The position numbers were made by a program, and so were the translations under genes. The notes under the pieces were generated by a model that worked only from the letters and a program-made list of their open reading frames with translations, was not told the origin of the DNA and ran no database searches. Shown here piece by piece: positions 18,325 to 30,305 of a DNA stretch of 64,000 nucleotides. Numbering within the stretch: the first letter of the stretch is position 1; each line of letters starts with the position of its first letter. The stretch spans positions 1,955-65,954 of the forward strand of contig CAMNRF010000002.1 of the NCBI GenBank assembly GCA_946551795.1, written 5' to 3'. The stretch comes from an uncultured Oscillibacter sp. (GTDB lineage: Bacteria > Bacillota > Clostridia > Oscillospirales > Oscillospiraceae).

Positions 18325-20877
18325 CTATTTCTGGAAGATCCCCGTGATGGCGGACCAGAAGTCCCGGAACATCTGGGTGACCCGGTCCCAGAAGGTGGTG
18401 GACCCGGCCTGAGTCCCGGCGGGGGACTCCTGGTCCGCGTCCTCCGCCTTGATCTCCTGGGAGCGGATGAGCACCTGCACGCTGACGGGGGAGGGGTTCT
18501 CCTCCGAGGTCAGGGACACCGCCGGCGCCCCGGCGTCCATCAGCAGGAGGTTGTTCACATCTCCGGTGTACTCTGTCCAGGTGTCCTCGATGATCTCATC
18601 GATCTTTCCCTTGGCGTCCCGGACGTCGCCGGTGGCGTCCACGCTGCGGGCGGTCTTCCGCAGCGCCGCGGCCAGGCCCGTCAGGCTCTCCTGCGTGCCT
18701 TTGTCCAGCTGGCTCCCGGAGTCCCTGGCCAGCTGGCGGAAGGAGGTGAGAAAGCCGGTGGTGTCGTCCACGGTGACCACCATGTCCTCTACCAGCGTAC
18801 GGGTGTCCTCCAGGGTGTCGTGGAGGCCGGGGACGTGGCGGTTGATGGTGTCGTCCAGGTCCCGGACCTCCGTCAGGAGATCGTCCACCTGGTTTAAAAT
18901 ATCCCTTCCCACGTCCGCCAGACCGTCCAGGTGGCCCAGGGTGGTGTCCGTCTTTCCCACGAGACTCCCCAGGTCCCCGGTGAGGCCATCCCGGCCCAGG
19001 TCCCGCAGCAGCCGCTCCAGATTCTCCAGCAGCCCCGTGAGACGGGTGGTGTCAAAGTCCTCATTCAGCTTGAGCAGAGTACCTGCGGTCTTGGCGTACA
19101 GGGCCTTTCCGGCCAGGATCTTCGCGATGTTCTCCGGCGTCTGCTGGTCCGCCGGAAGCTTGTTGATGTCGTTGAGCATCAGCATGGCGGTGAAAAAGCC
19201 CGCCTTGTCCATGGGGCGGTCCGCGCCGCCGGTGACGGCGGCGTAGACTTGCTCCATCACGGCCAGTTTTGGCTTTGCGGCGGCGTATGCCGCCGCCTGG
19301 TCCGGCGTCAGCTGTCCCGCGGTGATCAGGTATTGGATGGCCTGCTCCGGCGTCAATCCCGGCTGGACCGCCTGAACCTGGGCGACGGCGCTGTCCACGG
19401 CCTGCACCTGGCCCAGCAGAGCCTGAGCCGCCGCGGCGCTGCCGGCGGTCCCGGAGGCCAGCAGGGCGGTGATCTGGAACTGGGGATATGTAATCGTCTC
19501 CACGGCGTTCCCCTCCGCGTCCTTTGCCGCGCCGGCCCAAACGGTCTCCAGCCCCTGGACCTGGGTCAGAATGTCCGAGAGCTTCTGGCCCTGAACCTTG
19601 ATGTGCCGGCGGATGTTCTCCGGAATCTCGGAGAGGATGCCGCCGCTGATCTGGATGTCCAGGGCCTTCAGCAGCTCCTCCAGCTCCTGGAGGCTGTCCT
19701 GGAGGGCCTTCAGGTCCGCGCCCAGCTGGTCCAGATTGTCCTCCATGCTGCCGGTGCCGCCGCGGATGTCCCGGATGTCCCGCTGCAGGTCCCGGAGGCT
19801 GTCGTTCACATCGTCCAGGCTGCCCCGCAGGCCCACGGCGGCGTCGGCCACGCCGGAGAGGGCTCCGGTGACGTCGTCCACTGCGTCTCCGGTGCCGCCG
19901 AGGTGGCCGGGGAGGGTGTTCAGAGAGCCGCTGAGCCGCTCCAGGTCCGACAGGACCCGGTCGCCGTCCTGGTAGATCTGGTCCTTGCCAGAGGAGATGG
20001 TGTTCCGGGCCCGGTTCAGCTCGTCCAGGCCGTTGGCGGTGTCCCGCAGGCTGCCGCTGAGGTCCGTGAAGGAGTCCAGCAGGGTGTCCAGGCTTCCGGA
20101 GAGGGCGTCGTAGTCCTCCTCCAGTTCGTCTTTCCGCTCTGAGAGCCTGGCGATCTCCTCCAGCTGGCTGAGGGTGGCGGGGACCATCAGAAAGGTCATG
20201 CCGCCGAAGGCGAAGTCCTCCGAGCCCACCCGGATGACAAAGTGCTGCTCCTCTCCCGGCAGGGCGATGAACAGCACCGCCCGCAGGTTGCCGATCAGCT
20301 GCACCTGAGCCCCCGGGGCCTCCAGGGAGAGGATGTCGTCCTGGTTGAACACGGCCATGGCCTCCAGGGTGTAGTTGTACCGGGCGTACTCGCTGGCCTG
20401 CTCGTTGGGGATGGCGTCCACGGTGATCTCCACCACGCCGGTCTTTCCCGCCAGGTCCTCCGCCCGGACGGCCACGCCGTTGAGCGTGTAGGAGATGGCG
20501 AGGGTCCAGGGCAGGTTCCGGAAGGGCTCCGCCGTCTTCCCCTCGAAATAGAAGTGGGCGGGAGCCTGGTCAAACCGGAACTCCGTGACGCCGTTTCGGG
20601 TCACCGGGGCGGTGCCGTCGGTGAGGTTCACCACCTGGTCGTAGACGCCGTGGTCCGTCAGGGACGCCGCGCCGTTGAGGGTGTAGCTCTTTACCACGCT
20701 GCCCTCGGTGAGATTGCCGTAGTAGTCCAATGTGGCGTAGTAGGCCTCGTCATAGGTGGGCGTCACGCCGTCGCCGATGGGCTCCGCCGCCGCGGCGGGG
20801 GGGACCAGGGAGGCGGTCAGGGCTCCACTCAGCACCAAGGCCAGGGCGCGGAGGGCTGTTCCAGGGGATCGCTTCAT
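18325..20877 (-). CDS. Secreted coiled-coil protein, YhgE/Pip-like partner of MMPL
   Basis: Signal peptide, DE..YA.LD..G N-domain, G..V....LAGK.G.V.I, long heptad region, C-terminal S.QV.IRS.EI and amphipathic FW.R...F tail. Confidence 0.7.
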   Translation of the reverse strand: MKRSPGTALRALALVLSGALTASLVPPAAAAEPIGDGVTPTYDEAYYATLDYYGNLTEGSVVKSYTLNGAASLTDHGVYDQVVNLTDGTAPVTRNGVTEFRFDQAPAHFYFEGKTAEPFRNLPWTLAISYTLNGVAVRAEDLAGKTGVVEITVDAIPNEQASEYARYNYTLEAMAVFNQDDILSLEAPGAQVQLIGNLRAVLFIALPGEEQHFVIRVGSEDFAFGGMTFLMVPATLSQLEEIARLSERKDELEEDYDALSGSLDTLLDSFTDLSGSLRDTANGLDELNRARNTISSGKDQIYQDGDRVLSDLERLSGSLNTLPGHLGGTGDAVDDVTGALSGVADAAVGLRGSLDDVNDSLRDLQRDIRDIRGGTGSMEDNLDQLGADLKALQDSLQELEELLKALDIQISGGILSEIPENIRRHIKVQGQKLSDILTQVQGLETVWAGAAKDAEGNAVETITYPQFQITALLASGTAGSAAAAQALLGQVQAVDSAVAQVQAVQPGLTPEQAIQYLITAGQLTPDQAAAYAAAKPKLAVMEQVYAAVTGGADRPMDKAGFFTAMLMLNDINKLPADQQTPENIAKILAGKALYAKTAGTLLKLNEDFDTTRLTGLLENLERLLRDLGRDGLTGDLGSLVGKTDTTLGHLDGLADVGRDILNQVDDLLTEVRDLDDTINRHVPGLHDTLEDTRTLVEDMVVTVDDTTGFLTSFRQLARDSGSQLDKGTQESLTGLAAALRKTARSVDATGDVRDAKGKIDEIIEDTWTEYTGDVNNLLLMDAGAPAVSLTSEENPSPVSVQVLIRSQEIKAEDADQESPAGTQAGSTTFWDRVTQMFRDFWSAITGIFQK

Positions 20878-20982
20878 GTTGAATCACTCCAAAATAAAGA
20901 TGTGGATAAAAACTCCCGGCGGCTTGCCAGCGGAGAGATTTTTTGCTATACTGTTTCCAAAAAAAACGGAGGGAGGACGTTG

Positions 20983-21546
20983 ATGAACCGAACGAAGCAG
21001 GTCCTCAGTGAGACCTTCTGGCAGCTTTTGGATGAGATGCCGTACAGCAAGATCACCGTCAAGGGAATCGTGGACCGGTGCCATGTAAACCGAAATACCT
21101 TCTATTACCATTTCCAGGACATTCCCGCCCTGGCGGAGGCCACCATGCAGGCCTGGGTGGAGGAGATTGTGGAAAAGCACTTCAGCTTTGGAAATCCCAT
21201 GGACTGCCTGCTCCCTCTGGTGGCGGGGTGCGCCGCCCGGAAGAGGGCGATCCTGCACATCTACCGCTCCGTGCAGAGGGAGGAGTTTGTGCGCCATTTG
21301 AACGGCATGATCGACCACGCCGTGGGCGTCTACGCCGACGGCGTGAGGAACACCCTGGGAACCGATCTGGATACGCTGCCGCTCCTGTGCCACCTTTACA
21401 AGTGCGTGGGGATCGGACTGGTGCTGGACTGGCTGGACCAGAACATGGGCTACGATATGCCGGAGTTTCTGAAAAAAATCTGTGTGCTCTACCAGGGAGC
21501 CGCGCAGAGGGCGCTGCTGGGAGGGCCGGAGAAGCCGCCGCTGTGA
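20983..21546 (+). CDS. TetR/AcrR-family regulator, divergent from the MMPL operon
   Basis: TK..L...F..LL....SKITV..I...C.VNRNTFYYHF.DI; RBS GGGAGG. Confidence 0.88.
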   Translation: MNRTKQVLSETFWQLLDEMPYSKITVKGIVDRCHVNRNTFYYHFQDIPALAEATMQAWVEEIVEKHFSFGNPMDCLLPLVAGCAARKRAILHIYRSVQREEFVRHLNGMIDHAVGVYADGVRNTLGTDLDTLPLLCHLYKCVGIGLVLDWLDQNMGYDMPEFLKKICVLYQGAAQRALLGGPEKPPL

Positions 21547-21617
21547 CGGCCGCACACGGCCCGCGCCTCACTGTATGCAGTCTATGGGCGGGGGGAGAAA
21601 ACCGCAATGGACAAAAG

Positions 21618-21652
21618 AAGAGCCGGTGCCCAACTTTTGGGCACCGGCTCTT
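21618..21652. terminator. Bidirectional terminator-like hairpin
   Basis: 16-bp perfect inverted repeat AAGAGCCGGTGCCCAA/TTGGGCACCGGCTCTT between convergent genes. Confidence 0.7.
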
Positions 21653-21710
21653 TGTTTGCCCAAATCCAAGCCCTGGGCGGAGCCGCGGATAACACCAGAA
21701 CAAGGAGGTA

Positions 21711-22262
21711 TCAGAGGAGCTGTGCGCACGCCAGCCGCAGGGCGCCGCAGGCCGTCCCCATCACCAGCATGAACACCATGGGGGAGGGCCTCCACCGCCG
21801 GTAGGCCGCAAGGCCCCCGCAGAACAGCGCCGCGGACACCAGGACCAGGCCGGACCCGCCGGAACACAGCGCGTTTTTCACGATCACCAGCCCACCGTTG
21901 AGGATCACGCCGGTGACGGCGGCCCGCAGGACCCGCAGAGCGGACTGCCAGCGGCGGTTTTTCCGCAGGCGGTCGTTTGCCCGGGAGATCAGAAAGCAGA
22001 TCACACAGCCGGGCAGGACGCAGGCGCAGGTGGCCGCCGCTGCGCCGGGGAGGCCGTAGAGGCGCATCCCCACAAAGGAGGCGGCGTTGACGGCGATGGG
22101 GCCCGGGGTCATCTCCGCGATGGCCATGAGGTCCACCAGGGTCTCCGCCGTCAGCCAGCCCAGCCGGTCCACGATCTCCGCCTGGATCAGGGAGATGGCC
22201 GAGAGGCCTCCGCCGATGCTGAACAGCCCGATGTACAAAAAGCGGAGCGCCAGCGCCGTCAT
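21711..22262 (-). CDS. Chromate transporter (short-chain CHR), second half
   Basis: FLYIGLFSIGGG and AIAEMTPGPIAVNAASFVG. ATGA overlap with its partner. Confidence 0.88.
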   Translation of the reverse strand: MTALALRFLYIGLFSIGGGLSAISLIQAEIVDRLGWLTAETLVDLMAIAEMTPGPIAVNAASFVGMRLYGLPGAAAATCACVLPGCVICFLISRANDRLRKNRRWQSALRVLRAAVTGVILNGGLVIVKNALCSGGSGLVLVSAALFCGGLAAYRRWRPSPMVFMLVMGTACGALRLACAQLL

Positions 22263-22804
22263 ACCGCGTCCCTCCCCGCCAGCAGCCAGCCCAGAAGGGC
22301 GCTCCCCGCCAGGAGCCAGACGGTGCCGGCTGTTCCGGCCAGGGACAAGAGGAATGACGCGCCCATCACCGCCGGCCGCAGGCGGTCTCCTCCCCGCAGG
22401 ATCTCCGCGGCCATGGCGGCCGTGGCGTCGCCTGCCACCACGGCCACCGCCAGCCGCAGCCCGTATAGCAGCGCGGCCGCGGCGGGGCTGGCGGAGAATG
22501 CCTCGTAGCACAGGGAGACGGCGGAGAGGATCGCCAGGGGCGGGAGGATGGTGCCCAGTACGCCGCAGAGGGCCCCGGGGGCCCCCGCCATCCGGGCGCC
22601 CACCTGCACCGCCACGTTGACGGTCACCGCGCCGGGGGAGGACCGGGCAAAGGCGGTCATGTCCAGGATCTCCTCCCGGGTCATCCAGCCCAGCTCATCC
22701 GCGAAGCGCCGCTGCATCAGGGGAATGATGACAAACCCGCCCCCGAAGGTGAGGCCGCTGAGGACCAGCATGGAGGAAAACAGCTTCCAGCAGATCTTTC
22801 CCAT
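22259..22804 (-). CDS. Chromate transporter (short-chain CHR), first half
   Basis: TFGGGFVIIPLM and A.SSPGAV.VN. Confidence 0.88.
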   Translation of the reverse strand: MGKICWKLFSSMLVLSGLTFGGGFVIIPLMQRRFADELGWMTREEILDMTAFARSSPGAVTVNVAVQVGARMAGAPGALCGVLGTILPPLAILSAVSLCYEAFSASPAAAALLYGLRLAVAVVAGDATAAMAAEILRGGDRLRPAVMGASFLLSLAGTAGTVWLLAGSALLGWLLAGRDAV

Positions 22805-22876
22805 CTCTTCTCACATCCTTTGTCCCTATTCTACACCTGGGATTTGCATTTTGGAAATACTATGATATAATATAAA

Positions 22877-22896
22877 TCATAGTAATTTTCTTATGA
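22877..22896. promoter_or_regulatory. Putative LysR operator in the divergent promoter
   Basis: AT-rich palindrome TCATA-N10-TATGA. Confidence 0.45.
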
Positions 22897-22911
22897 ATGG
22901 AGGACAGGACC

Positions 22912-23787
22912 ATGACGCTGCGCCACCTGCGGATCTTTCTGGCGGTGTGCCGGGAGGGCTCCGCCACCGCCGCCGCGGAGAAGCTGTACATCGCCCAGCC
23001 TACCGTCAGCGTGGCGATCCGGGAGCTGGAGAGCCACTACAACGTCACATTATTTGACCGGATCGGCCGGCGGCTGTTCCTCACCGACGCGGGGGAGCAG
23101 ATGCGCTCCTACGCCCAGCACATTGTGTCACTGCTGGACGAGATGGAGGTCCGCTCCCAGGACTGGGAGGAGACCGGTACCCTGCGGCTGGGCAGCAGCA
23201 TCACCATCGGCACCGTACAGCTGCCGGGGATTACGTCACGGCTCCAGGGGCTCTATCCCAAGCTGCGGATCGAGGTGATGATCTGCAACTCCGACACCGT
23301 GGAGGCCGCTGTCCTGGACAACGAGATCGACCTGGGGCTCATCGAGGGAGAGTGCCGACACGGGAAGCTGGAGGATATTCTGCTGGGTGGGGATGAGCTG
23401 GTGTTTCTGTGTCATCCGGAGCACCCCTTCGCGGGGCGGTCCGTCTCCGCCGGACAGCTGAACGGGGAGCCCTTTCTCTTCCGGGAGCGGGGCAGCGCCG
23501 GCCGGGACCTGGTGGAGTCCACGCTGAAAGCCGGCGGGGTGGAGCCCCGGCCCCTGTGGCAGAGCATCAGCACCCAGACCCTGGTCAGCGGGGTGGCAGA
23601 GGGTCTGGGTGTGGCGGTTCTGCCCCTGTCGCTGGTCCAGCCGGCCCTGGATGGGGGGAGCGTGCGCCAGTTTTGGGTGGAGGGGATGCGCTTTACCCGG
23701 CGATTCCGCCTGCTCTACCACCGGAACAAATACCTGACACGGCCCATGGAGGCGATGATCCGCCTGTGTCGGGAGACCTGGGTGTGA
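22912..23787 (+). CDS. LysR-family regulator (CysL-like)
   Basis: MTLRHLRIF...GS.TAAAEKLYIAQP.VS..IRELE and REGS-type motif RERGS. Confidence 0.92.
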   Translation: MTLRHLRIFLAVCREGSATAAAEKLYIAQPTVSVAIRELESHYNVTLFDRIGRRLFLTDAGEQMRSYAQHIVSLLDEMEVRSQDWEETGTLRLGSSITIGTVQLPGITSRLQGLYPKLRIEVMICNSDTVEAAVLDNEIDLGLIEGECRHGKLEDILLGGDELVFLCHPEHPFAGRSVSAGQLNGEPFLFRERGSAGRDLVESTLKAGGVEPRPLWQSISTQTLVSGVAEGLGVAVLPLSLVQPALDGGSVRQFWVEGMRFTRRFRLLYHRNKYLTRPMEAMIRLCRETWV

Positions 23788-23812
23788 CCGGGACGCCGGG
23801 GAGCGCCCAATA

Positions 23813-25057
23813 TCAGGCCCCTCCTCCGTCCAGCGCGCGGAAGACCCGCCTGGAATAGACCGCTGTCAAAACCGCGGCGGCGGCGGCCCCCAGCAGGACG
23901 GCCCAGGCGGGACAGCTCTCGAACAGCGTCCCGTAGACCGCCTGACCCAGGGGAGAGGCGCAGTTGGACACCGCCATGATGAAGGCCATCACCTTGCCCA
24001 GCAGGTCCGGCGGCGTCCGGCTCTGGACGGCGGCGCTGAGCACCACCACCAGCAGCGTGGACAGAACCATGACGGCAAAGCTCATGGCCGTCACTCCCCA
24101 CCAGCCCAGGGCGGGCGGGACGCCCGGCAGGAGGGCCGCTCCCATGCCCGCCGCCGTCAGGCCGGCCGCCAGCAGTACGAGGTTTCCCCGCCGGAGGGAC
24201 AGGCGCTTCCCCAGGAGGGCCGTCAGCGCGCCGCCGAAGAGCCCGCCCAGCCCCATGGCCCCCTGGGTGAGGCCCAGGCGGCTGTCGCTCATGTTCAGCA
24301 CCTGCACCACCGCCACGGGGATGCCCACCACCAGCGCGGCGGACAGCACCAGGTTAAAAAGGGCCAGCACCAGCATCACGGACAGAAACACCGGCCGCTC
24401 CCGGCGGACGAAGCGCCAGCTCTCTCCCAGGTCCCGCCGGACCGTGGCCAGCACGCCGCCCTCCGCCGCCCGGGGATGGTGGGGGATGCGGATGAAGAGC
24501 TCCATGACGGCGGAGAAGAGGAAGCAGCCCCCGCCGACCCACAGAATGGGCGGGAGACCGAAAGCCCCGAACAGCACGCCCCCCACCACGGGACCCAGAA
24601 GGCCCGACAGGGTGCCCACCATGTTGATGACGGCGTTGGCGCTGGTCAGCTGGTCCGCCGGTGCCAGCAGGGGGATGCTGGCCTGCACCGCCGGCTGGTA
24701 GGCCCCGGCGATGCCGTAGAGCAGCATGAGACAGGCCGCCGTCAGCGGCACCAGGGGCGCCCGCCCCAGGAGGAGGGCAAAGGCCAGGATCAGCCCCGCC
24801 GTGGAGAAGTCCAGGACTACCATGATGTCCCGCTTGCTGATCCGGTCCGCCGCCACGCCGCCGATGGGGGAGCACAGCACGGCGGGGAGGAAGGACGCCG
24901 CTCCCACCGCGCCGAAGAGGGCCGCGGAGCCGGTCTGCCGCAGGAGATAGAGGGGCAGGGCAAAGCGCAGGATCGCGTTGCCGAAGAGGGAGATGATCTG
25001 CCCGATGACCACCAGGGTGAAGTCCCGGTGGAACAGAGATGCCTGTTTGACTTGCAT
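23813..25057 (-). CDS. MFS transporter (H+ antiporter-like)
   Basis: GQ.IS.FG, GGVAADR.SKR and LGKVMA; about 12 TM segments. Confidence 0.9.
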   Translation of the reverse strand: MQVKQASLFHRDFTLVVIGQIISLFGNAILRFALPLYLLRQTGSAALFGAVGAASFLPAVLCSPIGGVAADRISKRDIMVVLDFSTAGLILAFALLLGRAPLVPLTAACLMLLYGIAGAYQPAVQASIPLLAPADQLTSANAVINMVGTLSGLLGPVVGGVLFGAFGLPPILWVGGGCFLFSAVMELFIRIPHHPRAAEGGVLATVRRDLGESWRFVRRERPVFLSVMLVLALFNLVLSAALVVGIPVAVVQVLNMSDSRLGLTQGAMGLGGLFGGALTALLGKRLSLRRGNLVLLAAGLTAAGMGAALLPGVPPALGWWGVTAMSFAVMVLSTLLVVVLSAAVQSRTPPDLLGKVMAFIMAVSNCASPLGQAVYGTLFESCPAWAVLLGAAAAAVLTAVYSRRVFRALDGGGA

Positions 25058-25074
25058 AAAAACGCTCCTTTTAT

Positions 25075-25095
25075 AAACCGACCGTCGGTTTTTAT
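25075..25095. promoter_or_regulatory. TetR operator upstream of the MFS gene
   Basis: AAACCGACCGTCGGTTT palindrome, similar to the site at 25827. Confidence 0.65.
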
Positions 25096-25134
25096 ATTTC
25101 CAAAAAGAAACTGCCCGCGGGCGGCAGTTTCTCT

Positions 25135-25809
25135 TCAGCCGTTTTCCCCCTCGTCCGGGGAAGGATGGCGGGCCAGTTCCGCATAGCTCAGCAGGGTGCC
25201 GACGATTTCCTCATCGATCAGGTCCGTGATGCCGAAGGCCGTGAAGAGGCGGTTGTACAGGGCGCACCGGGCCCGGATCTCCTCCGGCGTGGTGGGGCGG
25301 ACGATGGGGTTGATCCAGATGTCCGAGAGAAGCATCATGGCCTCCGCCAGCTCCCTGGGGTGGTCCGTGCGGATGGAGCCGTCCGCCAGGCCCTGGCGGA
25401 TGATGGGCTCAATGAAGACAGGCGCCACCTCGGCAAAGATGCTCTGCATCTCCGTGGCGAGAAACTTGGCGTTGTCCAGCAGATAGGGCATCATGCAGAA
25501 CATCTTGGCCTGCCGCTCCGGCTGCATGGAGACCTTGAAGATGGTCCGCAGCTTCTCCAGGCCGCTCAGGTCCGGAGCGTCCCGGACCTTCGAGAGAATC
25601 TCGCCGTTCCGCCGGCCGATGCGTTCGCAGACGGAGTAGAGGATGTCCTCCTTGGAGGCGAAATGGTGGTAGATGGCCCCCTTGGAGAGGCCTGTCTCCT
25701 GAATGATCTCCTGGAGGGAGGCCCGGTCGTAGCCCTTTTCAATGAACAGCCGTTCCGCCGTGTCCAGAATCTTTCGGACGGTCTCCTCCGGATATTTGTT
25801 TCGTCCCAA
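25135..25809 (-). CDS. TetR/AcrR-family regulator
   Basis: TTG start. ILD.A..LF.EKGY......I....GLSKGAIYHHF.SKE. Confidence 0.92.
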   Translation of the reverse strand: MGRNKYPEETVRKILDTAERLFIEKGYDRASLQEIIQETGLSKGAIYHHFASKEDILYSVCERIGRRNGEILSKVRDAPDLSGLEKLRTIFKVSMQPERQAKMFCMMPYLLDNAKFLATEMQSIFAEVAPVFIEPIIRQGLADGSIRTDHPRELAEAMMLLSDIWINPIVRPTTPEEIRARCALYNRLFTAFGITDLIDEEIVGTLLSYAELARHPSPDEGENG

Positions 25810-25826
25810 AGGTCGTCTCTCCTCTC

Positions 25827-25847
25827 AAACAGACCGATGGTCTGTTT
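25827..25847. promoter_or_regulatory. TetR autoregulatory operator
   Basis: AAACAGACC-GAT-GGTCTGTTT perfect palindrome. Confidence 0.7.
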
Positions 25848-25874
25848 TTAAAATACCACAGCCGCGCCCCGGCG

Positions 25875-26405
25875 TCAAGGGCTGTTTTTCAAGACCTCCC
25901 GCCGGATGAAGTCAAAGGCCGCGTCCTCGCCCTCGTCCCGCAGCTTGAGCAGGATGGCCTCCAGCAGGGCGGAGGTGGCGGGGTGCAGCAAAAGGCGCTT
26001 GTCCCGGCCCCGAAGGAAGAAGCGGTAGGGATCGCCTGGGTCGAAGTCCGCCCCCCGGTAGACCTTGCTGGCGGCCAGGCGGTCGCAGAACATCTCCGCC
26101 ACGTATTTTGGCGGCATCTCCACGCCCTGGATGCCCTCGGGGCCGTAGTCCGTCCAGAACTCGAAATGGTGGCGGTTGCGGCCCTTGTGGTGCAGCCACG
26201 AGGCGCTGTAGCCATGGGCCTTGCGCTGGGCGTCGTTGGGGCTGTGGTCCCCCTGGAAGTATTTCACCCCGGCCCAGAACTCCACCGGGGAGTACTTGCT
26301 GAGGTCGTGGGTCAGTCCCTGCCAGTACAGCCCCAGCCGGAAGCAGTATTTCCGCACCAGCGCCCGGTGGTGATTCACGGTTTTCAGATGACCCCAGAAG
26401 TCCAC
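25875..26405 (-). CDS. DUF5662-like HD-type protein
   Basis: GTG start after GGGAGGTG. Motifs H...V..HR, HDLSKYSP.EF, WLHHKGRNRHH, EM.CDR.AA. Confidence 0.75.
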   Translation of the reverse strand: MDFWGHLKTVNHHRALVRKYCFRLGLYWQGLTHDLSKYSPVEFWAGVKYFQGDHSPNDAQRKAHGYSASWLHHKGRNRHHFEFWTDYGPEGIQGVEMPPKYVAEMFCDRLAASKVYRGADFDPGDPYRFFLRGRDKRLLLHPATSALLEAILLKLRDEGEDAAFDFIRREVLKNSP

Positions 26406-26507
26406 GTCCGCACCTCCCCAATTGATCGAGAGACAGTATAACACGTTTCCGGCGGAAAAACGAGTAAAATTTTTTGCCTCCAGCCATACTACCCAGGAGG
26501 TGGTTTG

Positions 26508-26942
26508 ATGGAGGGAGCGATTTTCGACTGTCCGGCTTTGTGGCTGAGGCATCTGCCTCCCGGCGTTCTGGGCGCGGAGTCCCCGGCGGGACTGGCCGGG
26601 CGGACCTGGGACCTGCTGGCCCTGACCCGGCGGGGCCGGGCGGCGCTGGGCCGGGCGGAGGTCTCCTGCCGCACTCTGCTGATCCCCGGGGACAGTCCGC
26701 CGCCGCTCCGGGCGGAGACGGTGATCACCTGCGGCCTGTCTTCCCGGGACAGCCTGACCCTCTCCAGCCTGACGGAGCCGGTGCTGTGTGTCCAGCGGCA
26801 CCTCCCCCGGCCCGACGGGGCGGTGATCGAGCCCCAGGAGTTCCCCCTGCCGTCCCTGCCGGGACCGCCGGAGGAGCTGCTGCCCCTGCTGGGACTGCGG
26901 CTGTTGCTTATGCCACTGGCAGAGCCGCCCTTTCTGTGGTAA
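26508..26942 (+). CDS. Conserved hypothetical protein (resembles a Mur-ligase central-domain fragment)
   Basis: RBS AGGAGGTG. Motif VIT.GL.....LT.SS......VQR......G..IEPQE. Confidence 0.6.
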   Translation: MEGAIFDCPALWLRHLPPGVLGAESPAGLAGRTWDLLALTRRGRAALGRAEVSCRTLLIPGDSPPPLRAETVITCGLSSRDSLTLSSLTEPVLCVQRHLPRPDGAVIEPQEFPLPSLPGPPEELLPLLGLRLLLMPLAEPPFLW

Positions 26943-26973
26943 GCTGAGATAAAAACGGAGAGGAGCGGAATCT

Positions 26974-27180
26974 ATGGCGTGGTATGGCTGGCTGTTCTTG
27001 ATCGCGGTTCTGGCGGTGCCGGGGGTGATCTGCGGGATTCTGTACAGTGAGAAGAACGACAGCACCCCCTGCATCGGCTGCGGAGAGTGTATCCGGACGG
27101 GGGAGTGTGTTCTGATCAAAAACCGCCAAAAGGCGAAAAAGGCGGCGGAGAACCGCAGAAAAGAGCGGGATGCTTCTTGA
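26974..27180 (+). CDS. Small membrane protein with CxxCxxC-x5-C motif
   Basis: RBS GAGGAG. N-terminal TM helix, PCIGCGECIRTGEC, basic tail. Confidence 0.65.
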   Translation: MAWYGWLFLIAVLAVPGVICGILYSEKNDSTPCIGCGECIRTGECVLIKNRQKAKKAAENRRKERDAS

Positions 27181-27204
27181 CAAATCCCGGAGAAGGGATA
27201 TAAT
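27177..27204 (+). promoter_or_regulatory. SigA promoter of the alaS leader
   Basis: TTGACA-N16-TATAAT. Confidence 0.7.
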
Positions 27205-27221
27205 GTCACTGTTCATGAAGC

Positions 27222-27450
27222 GAAACGCCGTGAAAAAGCCAGTCTCACGAAACCGGCTCTCAGCGAGAGGGGAAGGTGCGAGCCCTCAGCCCACGCCGTG
27301 AGGCAGCCACTTTGGAGCGTCCCGCAAGGAGCGGGCCGGTTCATCCCCGTTACCGGATGGCTTGAGATGTCCCCCTGATTCACGGGGGATAATTAGGGTG
27401 GTACCGCGAAGCAGGCCTTCGCCCCTATCTATGGGGCGGGGCTTTTTTTA
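27222..27450 (+). ncRNA. T-box riboswitch (Ala)
   Basis: AG box and GGTGCGAG stem-I apex. Ala codons GCA/GCC at 27303-27308 in the specifier region, T-box AATTAGGGTGGTACCGCG at 27391-27408, terminator hairpin with T-run. Confidence 0.9.
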
Positions 27451-27486
27451 TTGGAGCGGACCATCCACTTTAGGAGGAAGAAACAT

Positions 27487-30129
<2,643 letters not shown>

Positions 30130-30137
30130 AAGAGAAG

Positions 30138-30265
30138 CGCGCGGAGCGCGGATAAAGTTTTCGTCCACCTTTTTCAAAAGGTGGCAGGGGTCCAGGGGGC
30201 GTCGCCCCCTGGAGACTCCCGGCGCGAAGGAACAAAAGACTGCAAGAGCGAAGCGAATTGCAGTC
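30138..30265 (+). repeat. Multi-hairpin intergenic element (REP/MITE-like)
   Basis: Hairpins CGCGC-GGA-GCGCG, CCACCTTT/AAAGGTGG, TCCAGGGGGC/GCCCCCTGGA, and GACTGCAA/TTGCAGTC enclosing GCGAAGC. Confidence 0.6.
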
Positions 30266-30305
30266 CCAGCGCAAGACCGCAAGACCACAAGAGGAGGGAG
30301 GCCCA

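Noticed and set aside
21711-23787. Split chromate transporter as a frameshifted pseudogene
   Set aside because: Paired short-chain CHR genes with an ATGA overlap are the normal architecture of this family.
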